DNA of 64,000 nt from an uncultured Desulfosarcina sp. (GCA_963674945.2 CAXXWQ010000003.1:832001-896000), one strand, 5' to 3'; positions 41,083 through 50,768 are shown, numbered from the stretch's first letter. The notes: generated from the letters alone by a model not told the origin. Translations and numbers: made by a program.

Positions 41083-41299
41083 GATTCATCTTTCCGTGGG
41101 CCAAACCTTTTTCGTACCAATGATATTGGATGCCATCGATATCCCCGCCACAGATCTTGCAACGGTATTTTTTCCGAAATCCGCCGATGGCTTCAATCAA
41201 TTCAAACTCATGAGGACCAGGACATCCATTCAACCGTCGAAGGTTTTTCTTCACTTCAGTCAGGATGCTCCGCATATCCGCTTTCGTCAGTTGTCCCAT
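41072..41299 (-). CDS. Small Cys/His hypothetical protein
   Basis: 75 aa, C..PH.F...CKICG; overlaps MuF start. Confidence 0.55.
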   Translation of the reverse strand: MGQLTKADMRSILTEVKKNLRRLNGCPGPHEFELIEAIGGFRKKYRCKICGGDIDGIQYHWYEKGLAHGKMNHAE

Positions 41300-41311
41300 G
41301 GCAAAATAAAC

Positions 41312-41323
41312 CTAATTAATTAC
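41312..41323 (-). promoter_or_regulatory. GTAATTAATTAC palindrome, copy 5 (one mismatch)
   Basis: CTAATTAATTAC, upstream of start at 41299. Confidence 0.6.
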
Positions 41324-41345
41324 AATGATTTTGGGGTATAAAAAA

Positions 41346-41561
41346 TCACTTGCGAATTACATCTTCGATTCGCCCCATCATTTTCTTGAGCTGGATATTG
41401 AACCCGACAGTAACACGGGAAACAAACGCCTCCATGGCCGGTTGCCTGAATTTACGCCCAGGGCGCTGGATCTTTGTTCGGACACTGCCCAAAGCCTTTT
41501 CGAGCGTTTCTTCCAATTCATAATCGGCAAGGTTATATTCGATCATCACTGGCTTTTGCAT
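41346..41561 (-). CDS. Hypothetical protein
   Basis: Probable start MQKPVM at 41561 next to upstream stop; contains LEKAL. Confidence 0.5.
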   Translation of the reverse strand: MQKPVMIEYNLADYELEETLEKALGSVRTKIQRPGRKFRQPAMEAFVSRVTVGFNIQLKKMMGRIEDVIRK

Positions 41562-41562
41562 A

Positions 41563-42060
41563 TCAATCTTCGCTGTCCAAGTCATAATCGCCGAACAGAT
41601 AATCGCGGGCGGGGTTGAATGGTTTGAGATATTCCTCGGAAAATGGCTCGCCATGTTCTTTCTCATATTCTCGAACATTATGAATGGCGTTATTTGATAA
41701 AACATACTCCATGCGCCTACGCAGTTCGTCCAATTCAGAATAATGTATTGCCGTTTCAACCATATCTATCGGAATCAAGTCCATGATCAAATCATCTGGA
41801 TCACCAGGCCCATTATAGGTGCCATGTACCATTTCTTTAAGTATCTTTTCAGCCGCTTTTGTCCGACGATACATATCGGCAAACATATCCCCTTTCTCGT
41901 CATATTTATCCATATATCGGGTCGTGGATAGAATCGCCAATATCGCTTTTGCCCCATCACTGAGTGTTTCAGGAGATTCTTCGTATTTACGACGAAGCTG
42001 CTGATAGATATTGTCGCGCATTTCCTTAATTTCGTCATCGGTCAAATCATCTTCAGCCAT
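41563..42060 (-). CDS. Acidic hypothetical protein
   Basis: 165 aa, AGGGGG RBS. Confidence 0.65.
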   Translation of the reverse strand: MAEDDLTDDEIKEMRDNIYQQLRRKYEESPETLSDGAKAILAILSTTRYMDKYDEKGDMFADMYRRTKAAEKILKEMVHGTYNGPGDPDDLIMDLIPIDMVETAIHYSELDELRRRMEYVLSNNAIHNVREYEKEHGEPFSEEYLKPFNPARDYLFGDYDLDSED

Positions 42061-42144
42061 GCTGCCCCCTGTATGTTGTAGTATGATACCATTTCAGACC
42101 ATTCCATATGGTATGTCTACGTGAAATTTAAACCGCCGTCAATA

Positions 42145-44226
42145 TTAAATATCCACCGTTTTCCTTTCCCGGGCAAGGTTTCTGGAAGCCGCTTGCCTCT
42201 GAGCCTCTTTTTCTCTTTCCTCATTGGCGATCGCCGCTTTGATCGGCTTTTCGACATCGAACCGCGAAGGCAGATTTAAAGCCGCAGCCCGCTTCCCGGA
42301 AAAGACCGATGCAGGCAACCTTTCTTTAAACCAAGCCGTCAACGCCTTCGATCCGGTTTCCCAAAGCCTTCGGGGAAGCATCGTATGATATTTGGACGGA
42401 ACCGCTGAACCGGCCAAAATCCGATCGCCGATTTGCATAATCGTCGGAGCGTCCTTGGGCGCTATTCCCAACCTTATCATTTGGGCCGCATATTCCGCCC
42501 GATGATCCGGTTTCTTCATTTCCGTTCGCACTTCCTTTATCACTCTCTCATCCTTCGGATGAACCGGTGCGAGCTTTCTTTTCCGCTCCATCGCGCTTCT
42601 CAGCGAAACATCCTTTTTCAATGTTGCTTTGAAATCGGGATAACTCGACGCCTCGGCCTTGAACGCTTCCTTGATTCGCTCCAATTCCTTCGGTAACAGC
42701 ACTGTTTCAATAGTGGAGGTCGCATACGGTTTCATGGTCTTCGGATTGTAAACATAACCGGCCAGCTCTTCGGCTGCCTGCCTTCGCGTAAGCGTTGCTT
42801 GAAATACGCCGATACCGGTCCATCGTTTCATAACATCGAGAATCTTTTGATCTTCATAAAGCCAACTCATCAAATCCGCTTCATCGGCAAGACCTTCCTC
42901 CAAGAGTATAGCCTCTTCCTTCGAAACAAATGGCGAAGCGATGATGTCATTCGAATCACCGGCTAAGAACTCATCGACCGCCGTCTTGTCAATAGACGAT
43001 AACGGACTCTTTTTATCCGTATCGTCCGGTAAAAAATCATCACGAACGGTAGACATCTCCCTTTCATGAATCTTTACCGCTTCACTCCGGGCGTACGAAC
43101 GTGCATATTGCCGCAACCGCTCTTCAATCCCGCTTCCCTCGCCCAACAAAGGTTCGTAGCTGGCCACAGCCTTAACCAAAGCATCAATGAAAGTCGCAGG
43201 TGTGACATCCCCTTCAGTAACGCTGGGATATTTCATAGTTGTCGCGGACACTGTTTTTTCGAGCATCGGCCAATGTTCAGCCAGAATCCGCCGGGCAATA
43301 TCTTCATCTTCCTTGGTTGCTTGTCGGTAACCGCCGGCGGCGTACTTGAAATGGCCTTTCCGATGCAATTCCCCAGTTTCCAGCTCGATACTTAACGGTT
43401 TACCAACAGCTTTAGGATTATGTAACCGTGGAACCCGCTCATATTTCTGATTTTTTAGTGTGGATTGAAGAAGACTGTCTCCGATGGTTTTCGTAATAGT
43501 TGTCTTTATCCCCGGAACATGAAAATCAACCTCATATTCCATTTTGGTGCCAACCTTTCGCGTAGATTTCACAACAAAAACCCTACCATCCGGGCGTCGA
43601 TATGTTCCTCCGACCGTTAGTTTAGTCTTTTCCTCTGCAACCCGCTCCTGGATGGTTTTCTTCCGCTCCTTGTCTTTGTAATACATTTCGTAATCGCCAC
43701 GATCGACCAGAGTGGTTTCACCCTTTGCATTGGTCACCTCGACAGTTTTACGTTCGACCACTTTCTTTGTAACATCATTGGCCCGATGAACCAGTTCGAT
43801 GTGGTTGACATTCATGGTCTTGGCTTCATGCTTCCCGGTCTTTGGATTGAGAAAAGCAACCGACACCCTCGGCGAAGGACCCGCAATAGACCCGCGGAAA
43901 ACCCCCTCACGCCCCTTTTCGCTGCCCCAGGTTATCTTCACTTTGTCGCCTTCAGAAAACCGCACCATATCCTTGCTATCAATTACATGATCCCGTTTAA
44001 TATCCTCGTGATGATCCTTTTCCTCTCCTTCACGATGATGGACTACCCGAGTCAATTTCGGCTTTTTCCCGGCATCCGGCTTCACCCAATAGATCCGTTC
44101 GACCCCATCCTTTCCAACGATCTTTTTCGGGACCAGATTAGTAAAATACCCGTGTTTGAACCCGGCCTTCTCCAAAAGCAGTTCATCCACTGACACGACT
44201 ACAAAATTCGACGCATCAAGGAACAT
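42145..44226 (-). CDS. Multidomain protein: LEKA leader, KOW-like repeat, sigma-70-like regions 2 and 4
   Basis: LLEKAG; FSEGDKVKITWG..KGREG; ALVKAVASYEP....LRQYAR; VMKRWTGIG....LTRRQAAEEL...ELERIK. Confidence 0.55.
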   Translation of the reverse strand: MFLDASNFVVVSVDELLLEKAGFKHGYFTNLVPKKIVGKDGVERIYWVKPDAGKKPKLTRVVHHREGEEKDHHEDIKRDHVIDSKDMVRFSEGDKVKITWGSEKGREGVFRGSIAGPSPRVSVAFLNPKTGKHEAKTMNVNHIELVHRANDVTKKVVERKTVEVTNAKGETTLVDRGDYEMYYKDKERKKTIQERVAEEKTKLTVGGTYRRPDGRVFVVKSTRKVGTKMEYEVDFHVPGIKTTITKTIGDSLLQSTLKNQKYERVPRLHNPKAVGKPLSIELETGELHRKGHFKYAAGGYRQATKEDEDIARRILAEHWPMLEKTVSATTMKYPSVTEGDVTPATFIDALVKAVASYEPLLGEGSGIEERLRQYARSYARSEAVKIHEREMSTVRDDFLPDDTDKKSPLSSIDKTAVDEFLAGDSNDIIASPFVSKEEAILLEEGLADEADLMSWLYEDQKILDVMKRWTGIGVFQATLTRRQAAEELAGYVYNPKTMKPYATSTIETVLLPKELERIKEAFKAEASSYPDFKATLKKDVSLRSAMERKRKLAPVHPKDERVIKEVRTEMKKPDHRAEYAAQMIRLGIAPKDAPTIMQIGDRILAGSAVPSKYHTMLPRRLWETGSKALTAWFKERLPASVFSGKRAAALNLPSRFDVEKPIKAAIANEEREKEAQRQAASRNLARERKTVDI

Positions 44227-44246
44227 ATCTCAACCTCCGCATAAAA

Positions 44247-44258
44247 GTAATTAATTAC
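44247..44258 (-). promoter_or_regulatory. GTAATTAATTAC palindrome, copy 6
   Basis: Exact copy, extended to 16-bp palindrome AAGTAATTAATTACTT; upstream of GGAGG RBS of the CDS starting at 44226. Confidence 0.75.
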
Positions 44259-45021
44259 TTGGATTTATAGGTAAAATTAACTGTTTTTCTTTCAATTCAC
44301 CAGTATCAGCACTGGGTGATCGTGACTTCAGATCGTCAATGGCATCAAGCACCTCTTTCGGGTCCCGGCCGGAAGCCTTCACATCCGCCTGGTGGAGAGC
44401 AAGCAATGGTTCGAAATGTTCATGTGCCATGAATTTTCGCGCATCTCTTTCGCCCGATCGGAGAAACTTGGTCCGCAGGTTCCCATGGTGGAGAACCAGG
44501 TGCCTGATCTCCTTTTTATCATCACGGGAGAAACCCAGGCGATCCAAAACCTTTCCCACCATTTTGTAGCCGGCGTACTCATGGCCATCGAAGACAATAC
44601 CGCGATCGGGATCTGCCTTTTGGGTTTCCGCCTTTCCGATGTCATGCAGCAAAGCCGCCCACCGCACGTTATCGCTGGCATCCGCCGGCAAATGTTTGAT
44701 GACCTGCATCGTATGATCAAACGCATCCCGGTAAGGGTGATGGGCGCCCTGCTCCACCCCGTACAAGGTGACCACCTCGGGCAGAGAATTCATGAAGCCG
44801 CCGGTCTTGATCTTCGTCTCCAGCTCTTTCAACCCATCCGGGCTTTGAAGCAGTTTCGTCACGGTTTCCCGGATCTTCACCATCCCCTTGTCAGGTGCAA
44901 CGAAATGACGAACCTTTTGTTTCGATGAATGAGAACCCCTTTTATCCCGCTTGTCATCGTGCTCTTTGACGACCTGGAGCTTTCCCTGCCGATATCGAGT
45001 GTATTGCTTAACGTGGGACAT
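44251..45021 (-). CDS. HD-domain phosphohydrolase (CCA-adding-enzyme C-terminal type) with basic N-terminal motif
   Basis: LPE...L.GVEQ..HHP..DAFDHT, WAALLHDIGK, FDGHEYAG, LVLHH, ADVKAS; no nucleotidyltransferase domain. Confidence 0.85.
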   Translation of the reverse strand: MSHVKQYTRYRQGKLQVVKEHDDKRDKRGSHSSKQKVRHFVAPDKGMVKIRETVTKLLQSPDGLKELETKIKTGGFMNSLPEVVTLYGVEQGAHHPYRDAFDHTMQVIKHLPADASDNVRWAALLHDIGKAETQKADPDRGIVFDGHEYAGYKMVGKVLDRLGFSRDDKKEIRHLVLHHGNLRTKFLRSGERDARKFMAHEHFEPLLALHQADVKASGRDPKEVLDAIDDLKSRSPSADTGELKEKQLILPINPSN

Positions 45022-45030
45022 AAACCTCCG

Positions 45031-45324
45031 CTACTTCTTGACGATGAATTTCCTCGATCGGCGTTCGTCTTCCATGGGAATTGCCTTTCGGCGTTTTTCG
45101 ACAAATTCCCATGGACTCGAAATGGTAACCATGTCACCGTCTTTGACCGTCGAATCCTCGTACTGGCACTCAACGCCTTGATTTTGAATCGTACCGGCAA
45201 AAAGAGGACAGGCAGCACAGTAATTTTTCTGATGTGTTTCATCCAAAACGGCAACCTGCCTGAGATATTCACAATAGATTTGATTATTCAAATCGGGATA
45301 GTTCAAATGCAGAACGTTTTTCAT
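45031..45324 (-). CDS. Small Cys-containing hypothetical protein
   Basis: 97 aa, GGGGG RBS, directly downstream of PARP-like gene. Confidence 0.6.
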   Translation of the reverse strand: MKNVLHLNYPDLNNQIYCEYLRQVAVLDETHQKNYCAACPLFAGTIQNQGVECQYEDSTVKDGDMVTISSPWEFVEKRRKAIPMEDERRSRKFIVKK

Positions 45325-45852
45325 GCTTTCCCCCTTACGGCCGACTGGTGTTACCGAATCGATCCGTCAATTCCAGATCAACCCAATACATCGGAATGAC
45401 GCCATTCGGATCTTTGACAACATGTTCATCATTCACCACGGCGCTGCTGTATCCTGGGACCATTTTTCCTTTTGGAGCAAAAATCGAATCTGCCTTGGTG
45501 ATATCTGCTATTTCATGCCTTTTACTGTTCGACGCACCAGTGGATTTATCGTGCACCTTGCCCAAGGAAATTTTATTGATCAAAAAGACCCCGCGGGTCC
45601 CGGGTTGCCTGGTCACATGACAATCCCCTTTGAGATATTGCGCAGATTTGGAACTCATGTCTGTGACATACACACCCCCGCCAAGCATCCCACCGCTTGA
45701 AGCCCGGTACGCAGACTTCACGATACCGGCTGCAGCAGCAAAATTGGTGGAATGGTAACCGAACATGATATTGTCTCGATCTTTTTCAATTCTCTTGAAT
45801 TTATCGTACTGATCCATGCCTCCAATCTGATAAATGCCATGAACCTTAAAAT

Positions 45853-48308
45853 CAGGAAACTTGATTTCCTAATTGTTGCATATGGCAAGCAAAACATAAT
45901 GTAAGTGGTTGAAAAACAGAAAGATAGGAGTCTGAATCCAGCAGGCCGGTAAGGTATTGCAACCGGAAAATGAACATGGCACCTTTAACCTTATTATCTT
46001 GGCGGATAAATGAAAGGAAAAGGATGCCATGCCTCAACAGATACTACCACTTATTCCTCGGGGTGCAAGACAAATCAACGGGCTTGTCAGTGTATTTCGT
46101 GACGATACGACCTGGACCTATTTTCTATCGACCGTTCCGATTTATTCTCACAGACAAGGCGATCAACGAATGTTTCGGATGATAACAGCCCAACTGGTTG
46201 AATCCGGAGCTTGCCGCCAGATCGATATCCAAAACACATTCGGCGTATCCAAGAGCAATGTCATCCGATCCGTGAACAAACTCAGGTCCGGCGGCGCCGA
46301 GGCATTTTTCGTTCAGCGGCGGGGACGACGCGGCGGCAAGGTTTTCAAACCTGAGGTGCTTGAACAAGCCCAACGTTTACTGGATCAAGGGTGCTCGAAA
46401 AAAGATGCCGCCCTGGAACTTGGCATTAAATACGATACGTTTCGCAAAGCTATAGATGATGGTCGGTTAATCGAATCAAGGATTGGTGAACCGTGTCTAA
46501 CCAAATCAGATCGGGACATGGTCGACATGGCTGCTGCCGATGGTATGGGGACGGCTTGCAACCGAGTCGGGGAACGCATATTGGCATCATTGGGCAAAAT
46601 GGTTGGTGCGCCGGTTCGTTTTGACAGATGCCTGGACGTTCCCAAAGCAGGCGTTCTTTGTGCGATACCGTCATTGGTGGCAAACGGGTTGTTTACCGGC
46701 GCAAAACAGTTCCTCGGCCAAGTCAAAGGCTATTACACGATCTTTCATGTCTTGTTGCTGCTTTCGTTTATGGCCTTATGCAGGATCAAGACGACAGAAA
46801 AAATACGAGGCCATGCTCCGGGAGAATTTGGTAAGTTATTGGGCTTGGATCGTGCACCGGAGGTTCGCTGTTTGCGTTACAAGATGGATGCGTTGAGCGC
46901 AGACCACGGCGCGGAAAAGTGGGCCGCATACCTCGGTAAATACTGGATGGAACAGGCGCCCGAATCGGTTGGCGCGCTTTATGTTGACGGGCATGTACGT
47001 GTTTATCATGGAAAATTGACCCGACTACCGCGCCGCTACGTGTCCCGGGAACGATTGTGCATGAGGGGCATTACCGACTATTGGGTTAACGATGCGATTG
47101 GCCGACCTTTTTTTGTCGTCGAAAAGCAGATCGATCCTGGATTATTGGCGGTTTTAAGAGACGATATCGTTCCCCGGTTGTTGCAAGACGTTCCGAATCA
47201 ACCCGGTTTGCAGCAACTACAAGAGAACCCATGTTTATGCCGGTTCGTTCTTGTTTTCGACAGGGAAGGATATAGTCCCGCATTCTTCAAGGAAATGTGG
47301 GATCGCCATCGAATCGGCTGCATGACGTATCATAAGCATCCTGGTGAATCATGGCCGGAGCATTGGTTCACCGAGTATGAAGTTGCGATGCCAAACAAAG
47401 AGGTGGTGAAGATGCGGCTTTGCGAAATGGGTAGTTTGGTGGGATCTGGTAAGGGTGCAACATGGATGCGACAAGTGCGAAAACTGACCGATTCCGGACA
47501 CCAGACCAGCGTAATCAGCACCGCTTTCGATTTGCCGCATACTCAATTGGCAGCACGCATGTTCAGCCGGTGGTGTCAGGAAAACTTTTTCAACTATATG
47601 ATGCAACATTTTGATATCGATGTGCTTTTAGATTATGGTGTCGTTGAATTTCCTGATACCGAACGGGTAATCAACCCCGTTTGGCGGCAATTGAATCAAT
47701 CCCGTAATTCGTTGCAGAACAAGCTACGATATCGTCGTGCCTGTTTTGCCGAGATGACCATTCACCCTGAAAATGAAGACAAACCGGTAAAGTTTAAGAA
47801 GTGGATAGAGAAAAAGGCCGAGCTGTTAGAAGAAATCGAAAAGATGGAGTATCAACTCAGCGAGTTGAAAGAAAAACGAAAACAGACAAGTAAACACATC
47901 ACGTGGGGAGAACTTGAAGCAAAAGATAAATTTTTACGTTTACAACCGGGCAGAAAACGCCTGATGGACACGGTTCGTATGATTGCATATCGTGCAGAGA
48001 CGGCAATGGTTGGGTTGCTCACGGGTCCGACGGTAAACTCGTCGGATGCACGGAGTCTTCTCCAGACACTGTTCCAGACCGAAGGCGATGTACTGCCCGA
48101 TATTGAAAATCAGCAATTGAATATACGATTGCACGGCGCTTCGTTCCCAGCGGCCAATCGGGCTCTTTGCCAACTGTTTGCGCATCTGAACAGTGCGCAG
48201 GTAAAATACCCCGGTACCGAGCTGCAAATGATATTCGAACTAAATGGCTGCAGCACCTCAAATCATGCCGGAGGTGTCACATAGTTTTCCCGGAGATGCA
48301 GTGTTCTG
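45853..48308 (+). mobile_element. Insertion sequence (2456 bp, family not assigned)
   Basis: Imperfect IRs CAGGAAACTTGATTTCC / CAGAACACTGCATCTCC; 5-bp TSD AAAAT at 45848-45852 and 48309-48313. Confidence 0.88.
46029..48284 (+). CDS. Large DDE transposase with N-terminal HTHs
   Basis: 751 aa; YVDGH, VFDREGY, RW.QENFF motifs; fills the IS. Confidence 0.85.
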   Translation: MPQQILPLIPRGARQINGLVSVFRDDTTWTYFLSTVPIYSHRQGDQRMFRMITAQLVESGACRQIDIQNTFGVSKSNVIRSVNKLRSGGAEAFFVQRRGRRGGKVFKPEVLEQAQRLLDQGCSKKDAALELGIKYDTFRKAIDDGRLIESRIGEPCLTKSDRDMVDMAAADGMGTACNRVGERILASLGKMVGAPVRFDRCLDVPKAGVLCAIPSLVANGLFTGAKQFLGQVKGYYTIFHVLLLLSFMALCRIKTTEKIRGHAPGEFGKLLGLDRAPEVRCLRYKMDALSADHGAEKWAAYLGKYWMEQAPESVGALYVDGHVRVYHGKLTRLPRRYVSRERLCMRGITDYWVNDAIGRPFFVVEKQIDPGLLAVLRDDIVPRLLQDVPNQPGLQQLQENPCLCRFVLVFDREGYSPAFFKEMWDRHRIGCMTYHKHPGESWPEHWFTEYEVAMPNKEVVKMRLCEMGSLVGSGKGATWMRQVRKLTDSGHQTSVISTAFDLPHTQLAARMFSRWCQENFFNYMMQHFDIDVLLDYGVVEFPDTERVINPVWRQLNQSRNSLQNKLRYRRACFAEMTIHPENEDKPVKFKKWIEKKAELLEEIEKMEYQLSELKEKRKQTSKHITWGELEAKDKFLRLQPGRKRLMDTVRMIAYRAETAMVGLLTGPTVNSSDARSLLQTLFQTEGDVLPDIENQQLNIRLHGASFPAANRALCQLFAHLNSAQVKYPGTELQMIFELNGCSTSNHAGGVT

Positions 48309-50756
48309 AAAATAGAATCCACCATGGGCCTTTTTATCCCACCGATTTTCAATCTTCTTCATGATGAAATCGTGAGTCTTTTGGTCAACCGATTTAAAAG
48401 TGCACCCCAGATTATTTGGCGGCGGCTCCCCTTGATTTTTGGCAGGAGCATTTACATCCACCCCTTTTGCCTTGAGCTTTTTCTGCTTCTCGACCTCTTT
48501 CCAATATCTCTTGGACATCTGATCGACGACGCCATCATAGGAGCCAGATTTTCTAGCGATCTTCATGCCGATAGCCCGGGGACCTTCCTTATCCATCAAC
48601 CCTTTGGGAAAAACTCGAGCCGTGAATTCACGGTCGTAATTTTTCGATATTCTCGTAGAGCCCTCTTTGGCAACATAATTTGCCGCAAACTGATCCCGCA
48701 TCATGTCATTGGCCTGAATCTTTTCATCGACCTTATCACTCATGGATTCAGTCACTTTTGTTGCCAGCGAAATATCAAAAATTTCAGTATGAGTTCTCCA
48801 ATGATTTGTCGGATCCGGTTTAGAACCATCTGCAAGCAGATATTGAACCAAATCATGATGTTCACTTATCCAATAGCTGCTACGATTGAACATGTTTCTT
48901 ATTATACTGTTTCTGTTATAATGAGACCCAAAATTACCCACCACTTCTTTGACAATACTGCTCTTTAACTCCAAATGATTCATGTACGAATCGGTATTGT
49001 AAATTTTTGCTCCTGGTTTTGTTTTTGTCGACGGATTATCGGCGATAAATTTTTCATAGCCGGTAAGAAAATCCCTTAATGTCATCTGGTCAGCCGGCTT
49101 GCCAAAGTCTGGGCCGGCCATGGCGTGCATCAAAGTTAAACATGAATCATGATCAAACCTGGGCGCATGATCCAGTAAAGAGTAATGCTTCAAAGTATTT
49201 GAGACATTACTGTCGAGATGAACATGATCCTCCATTTGTTCAGAGAAGCCTCCGGTGACCTTTTTGGAAATACGTTTATATGTATATTCAAGCACATGAT
49301 TGATCACATCAAAAGCCTTATGCTCTCGACCCTTTTCCGCCATACTCTTCAAATCAGTTTGGATATCTTCGATATGTGGCTTGACGTCTTTGTCATAATC
49401 GTATCCGGCCTTTTCCCAATCATCCTTGCTGTAGAACGCAAAACCAACCAGGTTACTTGAAACCTCCGGATCATTTATCGACCAATCATTAGGCGGCCGA
49501 TAAGCCAAAATTTTGAATGAACGCCGGCTGTACCTTGAATTCAAATCAGAATTCACCCATTGCGGAACCGTATAACCAGTTCGAGTTTTAATCCCATACC
49601 AGCTCCCATTGCTTTTGTTGTAACCTTGATAACTTGACCGCCCACTGCTGCCCCTTTTGGCCGTAATCAATTGAAGATTCTTTTCGATGTACTCGGCAGC
49701 AGCAGGATCCAGCGGAACCATGCCAGTGACCTTGGCTATAGATCGCTGTTTCTCGGTTGAATATTTCCAAGCCTCCCTTTTATCGTGAGGAAAATCCTGG
49801 GCCGTTTTGATAGGTTCAACCTTTTTCGGCTCCGGTTTCGCATCGGGTTTGATATCGACTGCAGGTGTATTGCCTGGGGTCAACGACGGCTGCCCGGACA
49901 AATTGACCAATGCCTTCGGACTTGCATCGGTATAAGTTCCATCATCCAGCTTCATTCGAACGACATCGTATTTGTCGGAATAGGAAGTGACCACTCCCTC
50001 TTTATCATGATGCTTGCTGCGAGGATTGCTGATGCGAACCTTGTCACCCGGATCGAAAGTGGTTTTGGGAGGTGCCGCCGGAGCCGGTTTACTATCCGGA
50101 GCTGCACTTTTGGCTTTTTTCGGTGTTTGGTTCTGGGCCCGCTTAATCAATTCGGCTTCGATCTTCTTGGCAACATCCCTTTTGTCTTGGCTGTTTGCCC
50201 ACTCCAGAAGTGCACGCATGAAATTGTAAAGCTTCTGGTCGCCCTTGATTTTCCCGATCCGGGCTTCCAATTGCTTGGCATCCATTCCCTCGACACGTTG
50301 CTTTTCATGCTTCATGTCATTATGAACGAAAGACACCCCAACCAGGCCAAGGGCCAGCTTTGCACCATCCAGATCCGTCACCCCGGGCGCCGGCGTAGCG
50401 GCGGGCGCCGTCGGCGCTGCCGCCGGTGTGGGAGCCGCACCCGTATGGGGTTCAAGTAAATGAGGCTCGAAATCGGCCGTATGACTCTTCCCGGGGATCT
50501 CCAGTCGGATGACATCGTATTTGTCAGAGTAATGCTTAACCTTCATCACCTGGTCATGGAATTTGCTCCGAGGATTATTCACTCGGACCATATGCCCCTG
50601 GTGAAACTCGGCATCCGCCTTGCCATGGATCTTCGAATCATAATCTTTGATATGAATCAGTTTTCCGGTTTTCGGATCTCTTCGGAAATGAGATTTCACA
50701 TGGGCTTTTTCAAGATCGATGGTGATGTAATGGCGCATACCCCCCCCTCCATCATT

Positions 50757-50768
50757 GTAATTAATTAC
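50757..50768 (-). promoter_or_regulatory. GTAATTAATTAC palindrome, copy 7
   Basis: Exact copy upstream of the PARP-like gene start at 50738. Confidence 0.75.

Larger units (their letters stand above)
45335..50738 (-). pseudogene. IS-interrupted 980-aa protein with C-terminal PARP-like (H-Y-E) ADP-ribosyltransferase domain
   Basis: Removing the IS plus one TSD joins 48309-50738 in frame to 45335-45847 (HGGFYF-KVHGIYQ); GYHSTN, GMLGGGVYVTDMSSKSAQY, NDEHVV. Confidence 0.85.

Noticed and set aside
48258..48308. Last 16 residues (QNTASPGKLCDTSGMI) of the 826-aa ORF
   Set aside because: Read-through into the IS end, not part of the native protein.
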